From Candidatus Rifleibacteriota bacterium (GTDB lineage: Bacteria; Muiribacteriota; Ozemobacteria; Ozemobacterales; Ozemobacteraceae), in assembly GCA_018818125.1 (NCBI GenBank), contig JAHISQ010000101.1, forward strand, positions 14,977-78,976: a stretch of 64,000 nt of DNA, in the 5' to 3' direction. Shown here one piece after another: positions 31,979 to 41,697 of the stretch (position 1 is its first letter; each line of letters starts with the position of its first letter). Both the position numbers and the translations under genes were made by a program. A model generated the notes under the pieces. It did no database searches and was not told the origin of the DNA. It worked only from the letters and a program-made list of their open reading frames with translations.

Positions 31979-34126
31979 TCAAATGCGCTGCAGAAGTTCG
32001 ACTACATTTTTAAGAACCTGACTGTCGGGTGGAAGCGTTTTGCGCAGCCCCTCAAGAATAACTCTGGCCTTTTCACTCTCTTCAATAGCGTAGTAGCAAA
32101 GAGCCAGATGATACGAAGAAGACAGGTCGCGCGGGTTAGCCTGCAGTCCCCGACTAAGCGCCGATATTGCCTGTGCATATTTCTTCTGATGAAAATAGGC
32201 CAGGCCAAGTGCACCATAAATGCGAATGAGATTTTTCTTGTCGTCGGCATTTACGTATTGCTGCACCCGTTCATAGCATGAAGCGAGCTGTTCCCATTCT
32301 TTTTTGCGAAAATAGATCTGCCCCAGCAGCACTGCCGCGTTTATATGTGACGGTTCATCGTCAACTATGCCAGCAAGCATGGCGGAGGCCTTTTTCATTT
32401 CGCCGAGACTATAAAAAGTGTGCCCAAGATAGTAACGTGCCTCAATATTATCTGGCTGAGCCGAAACCAGCTTCTCAAGCAGTTCCCGGGCTTTGGCAAA
32501 ATCGCCGCCGGTGAACAGCTCGATGCTCTGAGACAAAAGATCAGACTCAGGTATTTCGGCACTCGTGGTACCAAGAGTAGTAAGACCTTCCATGTCGCGG
32601 CCGACTTCTTCCGCAAGCCCTTTGAGCAGAATATTAGAAAATTTCTCGGGCAGCTGCACATAAGAGCCAATGTTTCCGGCAATTCGCACCCAGCTTAACA
32701 ACTCATTCTCACGCTTCTTTTCATTTAATGCCGTGGCGACCTCATCAAAAACGGCAAGTTCGCCGTTAAGCAAAAGCGCCTTATAGTATTCAGAAAAGAC
32801 TTCGGCGCGAACCGTGCCAAGAAATTTCTTGATCTTAAGCAGTTCTTCGCGGGCACCAAGATGACCAAGAGCCGCAATCAGCCAGGGCATCTCTTCTTCT
32901 GGTTCTTTTTTGATGCGGTCAAAAAGGTTCGCAATCGCCTCTTTGATGTTGCGCGAAACTACGTAATCGAGAGCACAGCTTATCACCGGTGCACTGTCTT
33001 CCTTTTTAAGGAGATCGAGAATATCCTGATCGGGAAAATCTTCAATCCTGATTGCGCACTCAACCGCCTCTTTGCGCACCCACTGGCTCTCATCACTGAG
33101 CAAAGGCCTTATTTCACGAACTCCCACTCCGGCTTCTAATGACAAAGCCGCTTTTAATGCCATTTTTCGGACACCGAAATTCTCGTCTCTGAGCAGCTGA
33201 TGCACATATTCTTCACGTTTGTCGTTAGCGATACGGGCAAGAACATAGGCTGCCGAGCGCCGGGTTGAAGCATCAGAGCTCTTCATCATGGTTTGAAGCT
33301 CTTCGGTAACCGCCTCTGAATCCGCAGTTGCCAGGGCAATACAAACATTGGCGCGAACACGGTTATTCGAATGACCGTAGAATTTTTTTAGCTTTCGTTT
33401 CATTTCGAGCGCTGGAATCTTGAGATACGAAATAGCTTCAACAGAATTCGCCTGTATTCTCGGATCGAAAGAGTCCAAACCGCTCTCGAAAGTCTTGAGC
33501 AGGCGAGCTTCGGCAAAGGTTGCCAGCGATGAAACTATGATCGCCTTGAGTCGCGAATCTCTTGCAATCTCGAACTGGCCAACCAAGGCAGGGACAGCTT
33601 CGGGATCTTTAAGTTTTGACAGAATTTCAAGAACATTTATCACGATCCATTCGTCCGGATCGTTAAGCAGGCCGCACAAACTCTGCACAACATCACGACC
33701 ACCCATTTTATACAAAGCTCGTGCCGAATAATATCGCACCATGCGGTCTTCGTCGTGCAGTAGCTCCATCAGGGGGCGAGCCGCCTGAGGGTCGCCGATT
33801 TCGCCCAGCACCCTTACTATCTCTTCTTTATGTAGTGCATCAGGGTTCTGTAAGCGCTCGATCAGCCGGGCAACCGGCGTGCTGCTTTTAAAATAGCCAA
33901 GAGCTGTAATTGGCTCGATGTAATCGGCATACTCGTCAAATGCCTTGGTAAGAGTAGGCAATGACTGGTTGTCACCAATTTTACCAAGGCTGAGCAGAGT
34001 CTCAAATCTTAACTCGTCAGAGATATCGTTCTGCAATAATTCCTCAAGACGCGTGGTGGCCGGGCGCAAAAGTCTTCTCGCCGCCTTAACATATCTGAAG
34101 GATTCAATCTGATGCAGGTCACTCAT
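31979..34126 (-). CDS. HEAT-repeat (PBS-lyase type) plus TPR-repeat protein
   Basis: Many about 30-aa HEAT-like units (VR..A..ALG.IGD..A...L) across the first 480 aa; C-terminal TPR units (ARYYLGHTFYSLGEMKKA..., LGLAYFHQKKYAQAISAL...); 4-nt overlap with the downstream PilT gene. Confidence 0.7.
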   Translation of the reverse strand: MSDLHQIESFRYVKAARRLLRPATTRLEELLQNDISDELRFETLLSLGKIGDNQSLPTLTKAFDEYADYIEPITALGYFKSSTPVARLIERLQNPDALHKEEIVRVLGEIGDPQAARPLMELLHDEDRMVRYYSARALYKMGGRDVVQSLCGLLNDPDEWIVINVLEILSKLKDPEAVPALVGQFEIARDSRLKAIIVSSLATFAEARLLKTFESGLDSFDPRIQANSVEAISYLKIPALEMKRKLKKFYGHSNNRVRANVCIALATADSEAVTEELQTMMKSSDASTRRSAAYVLARIANDKREEYVHQLLRDENFGVRKMALKAALSLEAGVGVREIRPLLSDESQWVRKEAVECAIRIEDFPDQDILDLLKKEDSAPVISCALDYVVSRNIKEAIANLFDRIKKEPEEEMPWLIAALGHLGAREELLKIKKFLGTVRAEVFSEYYKALLLNGELAVFDEVATALNEKKRENELLSWVRIAGNIGSYVQLPEKFSNILLKGLAEEVGRDMEGLTTLGTTSAEIPESDLLSQSIELFTGGDFAKARELLEKLVSAQPDNIEARYYLGHTFYSLGEMKKASAMLAGIVDDEPSHINAAVLLGQIYFRKKEWEQLASCYERVQQYVNADDKKNLIRIYGALGLAYFHQKKYAQAISALSRGLQANPRDLSSSYHLALCYYAIEESEKARVILEGLRKTLPPDSQVLKNVVELLQRI

Positions 34127-35160
34127 TCAATAATCTCCTTCATGATAGTTGCTACCAGCTTGCCGTCTACTCGTTCATCTTTAAGAATTTCGTTAAGAGA
34201 ATCCTTTAGCGTTTTGCACCCATCTTTGCGCGCCAGCATCAATGCTGATTTAAGCTGATTTGTCTTCTTTTCTCTGATCAGATTGCGCATGGCCGAGTTC
34301 ATAATCATCAGTTCATAGGCCATTACACGCTCACGCTTATGCAGGCTGGGTAACAGAATCTGGGAAATAATGCCAATCAGCGACATCGAGAGCTGGGTGC
34401 GTATCTCTTCGTGCCGGTGTCCCGGAAATACATTGATGATACGATCTATGGTCTGCACAGCACCGACCGTGTGCAGCGTCGAAAATACCAGATGCCCGGT
34501 CTCAGCTGCGGTAAGAACCATTTCCATTGTATCGGTATCGCGCATTTCACCAACCAGAATCACATCGGGATCTTCTCTTAAAGCACTCATCAGAGCACCA
34601 TGATAATTGCCGGCGGTAACTCCGATTTCACGTTGCGTAAAAATAGATTTGCGCTCACGGTAGACAAACTCAATCGGGTCTTCGATCGTAATTACATGTC
34701 GGTGCGAGGTGCGATTTATTTCGTTAACGATAGCGGCCAGCGTATGGGTCTTGCCTGAGTTGGCAGGCCCGGTAACCAGGAACAGCCCGCGCGGTCGCGC
34801 CGCGATTTCCTTGAGCATCATTGGCAGGTTCAGCGAGTCGATAGACGGGACATGCATCGGAATAAAACGAAATGCACCCGATAAACACCCACGCTGTCTG
34901 AAAATACAGACGCGAACCCGCCAGCGATTTTTGTAGCGAATCATAAAGTTAGTTTCGTGCATGGCACGTAAGTCACTTTGCGCCTTAACATCCATTAAGG
35001 GAAGAAAAAGGTTTGGCATTTCCTGATACGCCAGCGGTTCATGCGGCAAAGGGATCAGACGTCCACCAACTCTTATCAGCGGCGGCGCGCCAGTCTTTAA
35101 ATGCAGGTCAGAAGCCTGACGCTCAATAGCGGTTTCGAAAAAATCGTGTATTCTCAGCAT
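34123..35160 (-). CDS. PilT-family twitching-motility (retraction-type) ATPase, canonical motifs
   Basis: Walker A GPANSGKTHT, Asp box DVILVGEMRD, His box TLHT, PilT N-domain DLHLKTGAPPLIRV. Confidence 0.85.
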   Translation of the reverse strand: MLRIHDFFETAIERQASDLHLKTGAPPLIRVGGRLIPLPHEPLAYQEMPNLFLPLMDVKAQSDLRAMHETNFMIRYKNRWRVRVCIFRQRGCLSGAFRFIPMHVPSIDSLNLPMMLKEIAARPRGLFLVTGPANSGKTHTLAAIVNEINRTSHRHVITIEDPIEFVYRERKSIFTQREIGVTAGNYHGALMSALREDPDVILVGEMRDTDTMEMVLTAAETGHLVFSTLHTVGAVQTIDRIINVFPGHRHEEIRTQLSMSLIGIISQILLPSLHKRERVMAYELMIMNSAMRNLIREKKTNQLKSALMLARKDGCKTLKDSLNEILKDERVDGKLVATIMKEIIE

Positions 35161-35180
35161 CTGGGCCTCATCTTTGCTTC

Positions 35181-36290
35181 TTACATCGGTGGTTCGTTCA
35201 GAATTTTTCTCAGTGCAGCTGGATTTGGAGCTGCCGCCAAGGCGTCTTCTTTTTTAACCACCCGGTCTTTTACCAGCTGCGCCAGTGACATTTCCATGGT
35301 CATCATACCGTATTCGGCGCCGGTCTCAAGATATGACGGCAACATGTGTATCTTGCCATCAGCAATCAGGGAACGCACAGCCGATGAGTTTATAAGCACT
35401 TCAAATGCTGCAACACGCCCACCGTCAGGTTTGGGGAGCAGTGTTTGCGAAACAACTCCGCGCAAAACCATCGAAAGTTGAAGTAAAATCTGATGATGCC
35501 GCGATTCCGGAAAAACGTTAACAATACGTTCGGCCGTGCTCACTGCCGAACTGGTGTGTAGTGTAGCAATTACCAGTTTGCCAGTTTCGGCGGCGTTAAG
35601 CGTCAGTGAAATAGTTTCAGGTTCCCGCATTTCGCCGACAACTATGATATCTGGATCCTGACGCAATACGGTCAAAAGCCCCTCATAGAAACTCAAACAG
35701 TCAACACCAACCTGGCGCTGATTAAAAAAACTCATGTTATCTTCAAACTGAAATTCAATAGGATCTTCGAGCGTAACCACGTGGCGTCGAGCCATTCGGT
35801 TAACGTAGCTCAGATAACTCGCCATGGTCGAAGTTTTGCCGGCACCAGTCGGGCCGGTAATCAGAATCAGACCGTTGGGTTGCTCGATCAGACGGCGGGC
35901 GGCCAGCGGCAAACCAATTTCGTCAAACTCCATCACACGATAGGGTATGACGCGAAAAACCGCGCCAAAACCATTGATATCATTGTAGAGGTTTACCCTG
36001 AAACGACAAACACCTTCAAGGGTGTAGGCAAAGTCGATTTCGTGGCTTTTTCTGAACAGGTCTTCCTGTTCAGGGGCCAGCAATACTTCGATAATACGAT
36101 CAAAGTCTTTTTTGCTGAACTTGAAACCATCGACGTGCCGAATATGCCCATCTACACGAATCGCAGGCGCCTTACCTACTTTCAGATGCAGGTCAGATGC
36201 GCCCTCGTCAAAAGTGAGTTTAAGTAATCGGTGTAAGCTTCTTTCGTCTGCCATGAACGGTATTATACTCATCAGGCTCCTTCTTAACAA
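35181..36290 (-). CDS. PilT/PilU-family ATPase, canonical motifs
   Basis: Walker A GPTGAGKTST, Asp box DIIVVGEMRE, His box TLHTSSA, N-domain DLHLKVGKAPAIRV. Confidence 0.85.
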   Translation of the reverse strand: MLRRSLMSIIPFMADERSLHRLLKLTFDEGASDLHLKVGKAPAIRVDGHIRHVDGFKFSKKDFDRIIEVLLAPEQEDLFRKSHEIDFAYTLEGVCRFRVNLYNDINGFGAVFRVIPYRVMEFDEIGLPLAARRLIEQPNGLILITGPTGAGKTSTMASYLSYVNRMARRHVVTLEDPIEFQFEDNMSFFNQRQVGVDCLSFYEGLLTVLRQDPDIIVVGEMREPETISLTLNAAETGKLVIATLHTSSAVSTAERIVNVFPESRHHQILLQLSMVLRGVVSQTLLPKPDGGRVAAFEVLINSSAVRSLIADGKIHMLPSYLETGAEYGMMTMEMSLAQLVKDRVVKKEDALAAAPNPAALRKILNEPPM

Positions 36291-36369
36291 TCGAATTTAA
36301 TTGCTTATTTAAAAAAAATAAATTTTCTGGTAATATGCAAAAGGATTAAAAGTTGAGTCGGGGAGTCAA

Positions 36370-38835
36370 ATGCCAGCATACGAAGCAGTTATTAGTAATA
36401 TCAAACCGCTGATTGCACGTCTTTTACACTTTTTTCTTACAGGTGAATACGAACAGCGACGCGAATCAGCAATTGCACTGTCAAAATTCAAGGGCGAAAA
36501 AGCAACAGATTTTCTGCTCGAAACCTACGAAAGCGACAACATCCAGGACTTCATGGCCCTGGCGCTCGGTAACATCGACAACCTCAAGGCAGTAAACCTG
36601 CTGATACATGCCCTCAACGATTCCCAGCAGGAAGTCAGATTTCATGCCGCCCAGGCGCTGGGCATGCTCGAAAACCCTGAAGCTCTCGACATATTGATGG
36701 ATGCTCTGCACGTTTATGCTGAGGCCAGCGTTGGTGTTACTCCCGAACCACCTCTCGAGGAAGCGGCGAGTCAGATCTTCTTCGAAGAAGACGCAATCAT
36801 CAGCGCGATTCTTGCTGTCGGCAAAATTAAGAACTGGCGGGCAATTTCGCTGCTCAAAAAGCTTCTAGCCCAGGAAAAAAGCGCACGTATCCGCGCCTCG
36901 ATCATCATGTCGCTAGGATTGATGGCTTCAGACAAGCTGATGCCGGTTTTTCAGGCGGCACTGCGTGATGAGGATCCCAGAGTCAGAGCGAACGCAATTG
37001 AAGCTATTGAAACGATCAAATCAGGATCAATCGTCGGAATTATCCAACCCTATCTGGAAGACCCCAGTAACCGCGTGCGCGCCAACGTAGCCAAGGCAAT
37101 CTGGAAATACGGCGATTTCGATGTATCAGACACTCTGAGGCAAATGCTGGAGCACCCGGATAAGTGGTATCGCGCTTCAGCAGCCTACGCCATCGGCGAG
37201 ATTAAAGACGCCCGCTTCGTTCGCGAGCTTGCAAAAGCTCTCAAAGACGAAGACCCTGACGTCAGACGCAACGCAACCAACGCCATGCGCAAGGTTGAAG
37301 CAAAAGACGCCCTGCAGCACGTAAAACCGCTGCTCGACGACCCGAATTTTGATGTACGCGTCGAAGCGGTATTGGCCGTCAGCAGATGCGCCCCGGAAAT
37401 CGCGAATGAGCTGTTGAAAGAAAAACTTCAGCACGAAGAAAACTTTATCGTTCAGGCAACACTGATTTCCTGCATCGGTCAGTCTGGCAAACCAGCAATG
37501 ATCCCTGTTATTCGCAGTTACCTCGATAGCGAAGATCCTCGCGTCGTCTCAAACACAATCGACGCCCTCGTAAAGCTCTCGCCTAAGTCTGACCCTGCAC
37601 TGATATCAATGTTAAAAACCCTGTTGAAGCATGAGGATAACCGTGTAAAAAGCACAGCGATCCGGACCCTCTGGGTTTGGGGAGAATACGAAGTTCTCGA
37701 CAAACTGCGGGAGCTGTTCAGCAGCCCCGACAAGCGTCTAATCCAGTCGGCGACATTTGTTCTCGGCGAAATCGGCAAAGAAATCAGCAAAGTAGAGGTT
37801 CTCTCCGCAAGGGTTAATCTGATCGTAACCGAACTCATTGACAATCCTGAGACAATAAACGATCTGATCAGGTCTGAATCTGCTTCTGCTGAATCCACTG
37901 CGCCAGCACAGACAGCTGAAGAGTCAACGCCTCAGGCAGAACCTGAGTTAACCGCTGACAAAGAAACATCAGGCGAACCAGAACGAGAACTCCCCCCCCC
38001 AATGGAACCGGAGTTCGAAATACTGCAGCCTTCTGCTGATCCAGCCAGCAAAGAGCCGGAGCAGCCAGCTGCAGCGCTGCCGCAGCCAATCAGCGCTCAG
38101 ATTCTTCCAGACAACAGTTTCAATGAAGAAATCGAGATAGCCAATCGCTTTGTAACGGCACGCAATTACCCCGCTGCCGAAAAGGTTTTTGCACAGATTC
38201 TGCACAAGTCGCCTTCGCATCTCAAAGCGATCCTGGGCATAGCCAACCTTTGTTTCCTGCAGAAGAAAAATGCCGAAGCGGTTAAATACTATCAGTCCGC
38301 GCTTAAAATCAATCCAAATCTGGTCAAGGCACATTTCAATCTTGGCACAATTTTCTATTATGCACGCAAATATGACGATGCGGTCAAGCATCTGGCCAAG
38401 GCTCTCAAGCTGTATCCCAAAATTCTCGGCGCCTATCTGATTCTCGGGCAGATTTATCAAATTGCCGGCAAATTCAGCGAAAGCGTGCGACTGATGACTC
38501 ATGCCGCGGCGCTGTCTCCGCGCAATCCAGTTATTTACCAAAAGCTGGCAACCCTGCATATTCAGCTTGGCAAATACGACGATGCAATTGAAGTGCTGCT
38601 CAAAGCAGTCGACATTTCTCCGGCCGACGTTGAGTCTAACCTGCTGCTTGCCTATTGCTTCAATTTGACCGGGCAGTCCCAAAAAGCGTTCAGCGCTATG
38701 GATCTCACATTAAGGGCCTGCGCCCAGTCTCCGCAACAGGATCTGGCGCTGCGCCAGATGCTCAAGGCGTATCTATACCTTAGCTCTATCCAGAAAGAAC
38801 CCACACCTGCACAGGAGAACAATAATGCCTCTTGA
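36370..38835 (+). CDS. HEAT-repeat plus TPR-repeat protein (paralogous architecture to 31979-34126)
   Basis: N-terminal PBS-lyase HEAT-like repeats (DPRVRANAIEAI, NRVRANVAKAI, DPDVRRNATNAM), acidic Pro/Glu-rich linker, C-terminal TPR units; divergent from the PilT operon. Confidence 0.7.
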   Translation: MPAYEAVISNIKPLIARLLHFFLTGEYEQRRESAIALSKFKGEKATDFLLETYESDNIQDFMALALGNIDNLKAVNLLIHALNDSQQEVRFHAAQALGMLENPEALDILMDALHVYAEASVGVTPEPPLEEAASQIFFEEDAIISAILAVGKIKNWRAISLLKKLLAQEKSARIRASIIMSLGLMASDKLMPVFQAALRDEDPRVRANAIEAIETIKSGSIVGIIQPYLEDPSNRVRANVAKAIWKYGDFDVSDTLRQMLEHPDKWYRASAAYAIGEIKDARFVRELAKALKDEDPDVRRNATNAMRKVEAKDALQHVKPLLDDPNFDVRVEAVLAVSRCAPEIANELLKEKLQHEENFIVQATLISCIGQSGKPAMIPVIRSYLDSEDPRVVSNTIDALVKLSPKSDPALISMLKTLLKHEDNRVKSTAIRTLWVWGEYEVLDKLRELFSSPDKRLIQSATFVLGEIGKEISKVEVLSARVNLIVTELIDNPETINDLIRSESASAESTAPAQTAEESTPQAEPELTADKETSGEPERELPPPMEPEFEILQPSADPASKEPEQPAAALPQPISAQILPDNSFNEEIEIANRFVTARNYPAAEKVFAQILHKSPSHLKAILGIANLCFLQKKNAEAVKYYQSALKINPNLVKAHFNLGTIFYYARKYDDAVKHLAKALKLYPKILGAYLILGQIYQIAGKFSESVRLMTHAAALSPRNPVIYQKLATLHIQLGKYDDAIEVLLKAVDISPADVESNLLLAYCFNLTGQSQKAFSAMDLTLRACAQSPQQDLALRQMLKAYLYLSSIQKEPTPAQENNNAS

Positions 38836-39010
38836 AAAATCGCCACAACGCTGGAACTACAAAACTCTTGATCTTACCGGACTCAGAGGCGATGATTTTC
38901 TGGAAAGACTTGGTTATCTTCTTGACGAAGCGGGGCGTAACGGCTGGGATCTCGCCTATATGTGCGAAGACTACATGATCATGAAACAGCTTTATTTTGC
39001 CAAAGAGTGA
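38825..39010 (+). CDS. DUF4177-like small protein
   Basis: 61 aa; RWNYKTLDLTGLRGDDFLERLGYLLDEAGRNGWDL matches the DUF4177 pattern (W-E/N-Y-K-T...G...G..D...LE..LNE.G.EGWEL); 11-nt overlap with the upstream HEAT-TPR gene. Confidence 0.45.
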   Translation: MPLEKSPQRWNYKTLDLTGLRGDDFLERLGYLLDEAGRNGWDLAYMCEDYMIMKQLYFAKE

Positions 39011-39019
39011 TAATGCGAA

Positions 39020-41104
39020 TTGTTGACGACCAGCAGACTAACTCTTGACGATTCGTTAAGCAAAGTAAAGGGAATCGGCCCCAAAAAATCAGAAGCGCTC
39101 AGGCAGAACGGAATAGCGCAGATTGTTGATTTGCTGCGCCTTTATCCTGCCAGATACCAGGATCGCCGCAGTTCCATAGCAATTTCCCAGTTGTCAGCAG
39201 GCGTCGATTGCCTGATCTGCGCGCGTCTCGAATCAGTTAAGTCGTATCACGCACGGCGCGGACTTACCGTGATCAACGCCGAATTTTCTGACACTACCGG
39301 CAAAATTTCGGCAAAGTGGTTCAACCGTGTATATCTTACCCGGCAACTCATAACCGGCAAGCATTACTGGCTGTATGGGCAGGTAACAGAGATAAAAAAC
39401 AAACTCTGCCTGTCAAACCCTGAAATTGAGCCTGTTGACGACAAGCAGACATTGACCGGCACAGGTGATCGACTTACGCCGGTTTATTCTTCGAATACTC
39501 GCCTTTCTCAGGCGGGCATTTCAGCGCTATCACTGCGTCGACTGATTGCCGGAATCATCCCGCGCATAGACTGGGATACCTCGCTGCCACCAGGCATAAG
39601 GAACTCATCATTCAATGCGATCAGCGAAGCACTGGAGCAAGCACATCGGCCATCATCATTAGAAGCCGCCAACAAGGCGCGGCACACTCTGGCATTTTTC
39701 GACCAGGTGCTTTTTCAAATCGGTGTATTAAAGCGACGCGAAGCATTGACCGGCGTTTTGAGCCTGCCAGATGCCAATCGCGCCAAAGCCGTCGATTCAG
39801 ATTATCCCCTGCCCTTTTCGCTGACATCAGCACAAAAACAAAGTCTCGGCGAGATTCTTTCTGATATCCAGGCGCATAGCAAAGACAACCCGCCGATGAA
39901 CAGGCTGGTACAGGGTGACGTTGGCTCTGGCAAAACCCTGGTAGCCTTTCTGGCAATACTGCATTTCAACCAGAAAACCAGCCCCGGCAGTCAATGTGCC
40001 TTTATGGCGCCAACCGAGATTCTCGCGCGCCAGCATCTGCAAAGTTTTATCAATTTTTTCCCCCAGTTTGCCGATCGCGCCTGCATACTTACCGGCAGCT
40101 GCAAAAGCGCAGAACGAAAAAAAATCAACGCAGCAATAGGCAGCGGCGCAATCAGCTTTGTTTTTGGCACCCACGCCCTTTTCCAGGAAAGCCTGGAGTT
40201 TGCTGACCTCGGCCTGTGTGTTATCGATGAACAACAGCGTTTTGGCGTCAATCACCGCCGGCAGTTCGTGCGTAAAGGCCGAAATCCCCACCAGTTATTG
40301 CTCTCGGCCACTCCTATACCGCGCACGCTTTCACTCACTATTTTTGGCGACATGGACACCAGCACTATCCAAGAATTGCCACCCGGGCGGCAACCGGTCA
40401 AAACCACACTTGCTACGAGCTTTGCTCAGACAGTTGAGCACATTGAAGCTGCCCTGCACAACCGGCAACAGATCTACCTGGTCTGCCCACTGATTGAACT
40501 GTCTGACAAGAAAGACTGGACCTCTGTCGAAGAAGCGGCCGAGCGAACTGCCGAACTGCTGCCACAAATAAAATTTGCCTGTCTCACCGGCCAGCAAAGC
40601 TGGGAAGAAAAATCAGCCATCATGCAGGCTTTCAAACAGGGGCTGCTCGACATGGTTATCGCGACCACTGTTGTTGAAGTTGGCGTCGATAACCCGAATG
40701 CAACACTGATGATAATAGAGAACGCAGACTGCTTTGGTCTTTCGCAACTGCATCAGTTGCGAGGTCGTGTTGGCAGAGGAATGCATGCCTCTTTATGTAT
40801 TCTGGTATCACATGTGGCCGAAGAATCTGAGCGGCTGAAGGTGCTGGCATCAACTAACGATGGGTTTGAGCTTTCGCTCGAAGATTTGCGTCTGCGCGGC
40901 CCCGGCGATCTCGTTGGCACACGTCAGAGTGGCCTCTCCCACCCCTGCTTTTCTCACCGTATTGGGCAAAAACTGATCGAAAATGCACGAACCAGAGCTT
41001 TTTCGATTCTCACCGAAGAAACCGGCGAAGTAAAAGACTGGTTCATGGCGCAAATGATTAAATCTTTTGGCGACAGTTACAAAACATTTATGGAAGGCGG
41101 CTAA
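39020..41104 (+). CDS. recG: ATP-dependent DNA helicase RecG
   Basis: TTG start at 39020 in the supplied track; wedge domain, helicase motifs GDVGSGKT and VIDEQQRFG, C-terminal helicase domain; 694 aa. Confidence 0.85.
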   Translation: MLTTSRLTLDDSLSKVKGIGPKKSEALRQNGIAQIVDLLRLYPARYQDRRSSIAISQLSAGVDCLICARLESVKSYHARRGLTVINAEFSDTTGKISAKWFNRVYLTRQLITGKHYWLYGQVTEIKNKLCLSNPEIEPVDDKQTLTGTGDRLTPVYSSNTRLSQAGISALSLRRLIAGIIPRIDWDTSLPPGIRNSSFNAISEALEQAHRPSSLEAANKARHTLAFFDQVLFQIGVLKRREALTGVLSLPDANRAKAVDSDYPLPFSLTSAQKQSLGEILSDIQAHSKDNPPMNRLVQGDVGSGKTLVAFLAILHFNQKTSPGSQCAFMAPTEILARQHLQSFINFFPQFADRACILTGSCKSAERKKINAAIGSGAISFVFGTHALFQESLEFADLGLCVIDEQQRFGVNHRRQFVRKGRNPHQLLLSATPIPRTLSLTIFGDMDTSTIQELPPGRQPVKTTLATSFAQTVEHIEAALHNRQQIYLVCPLIELSDKKDWTSVEEAAERTAELLPQIKFACLTGQQSWEEKSAIMQAFKQGLLDMVIATTVVEVGVDNPNATLMIIENADCFGLSQLHQLRGRVGRGMHASLCILVSHVAEESERLKVLASTNDGFELSLEDLRLRGPGDLVGTRQSGLSHPCFSHRIGQKLIENARTRAFSILTEETGEVKDWFMAQMIKSFGDSYKTFMEGG

Positions 41105-41105
41105 A

Positions 41106-41675
41106 ATGCGGGTTATCACCGGAAGTGCAAAAGGCAGAAAACTTAAAATGCCGGGGGGCGGCAAAACAAGACCAGCAATGGATATTGTTAAGGGCTCAAC
41201 TTTTAATATGATTGCAGAGTTTGTTCCTGACGCACGTTTTCTTGATCTCTTTGCCGGCTCGGGAAATCTTGGCATCGAAGCGCTCAGTCGAGGCGGCAGT
41301 TATGCTGCTTTTGTTGATAGCTCACGCGAATGCACTGTCACGATCAAAGAAAACCTGACCCTCACCAAACTTGAAGATCGGGCAGAAATCTTCACCATGG
41401 ACTGCATGAAGTTTCTGCAGCGCCACAATATGCCGCGCTTTGATGTGGTCTTTATTGATCCGCCATATCTCAAAGGGCTGCTTGAACCTATTCTGAAATA
41501 CATACCTGATTGTTCGATGTTCAGCCCAGACACCCTTTTTATCATAGAACGCCAGAAAAGAGATCTGCTCGGACTCGAAGATATGCCTGAATACAGGCTG
41601 CTCGACGAAAGAGTATTCGGCGACACCGTAATAACGTTCTTTCGACTCAAAAATCCTGACACAACTACCAGCTGA
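41106..41675 (+). CDS. rsmD: 16S rRNA (guanine966-N2)-methyltransferase RsmD
   Basis: MRVITGSAKGRKLKMPGGGKTRPAMDIVKGSTFNMI, DLFAGSGNLGIEALSRG, FIDPPY motif; ATG at 41106 two nt after the recG stop. Confidence 0.85.
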   Translation: MRVITGSAKGRKLKMPGGGKTRPAMDIVKGSTFNMIAEFVPDARFLDLFAGSGNLGIEALSRGGSYAAFVDSSRECTVTIKENLTLTKLEDRAEIFTMDCMKFLQRHNMPRFDVVFIDPPYLKGLLEPILKYIPDCSMFSPDTLFIIERQKRDLLGLEDMPEYRLLDERVFGDTVITFFRLKNPDTTTS

Positions 41676-41697
41676 AGCAGATGGCAGAAGAGGTATA

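Noticed and set aside
37969-38682. 237-aa minus-strand ORF
   Set aside because: Antisense to the TPR half of the HEAT-TPR gene; no motifs; shadow ORF
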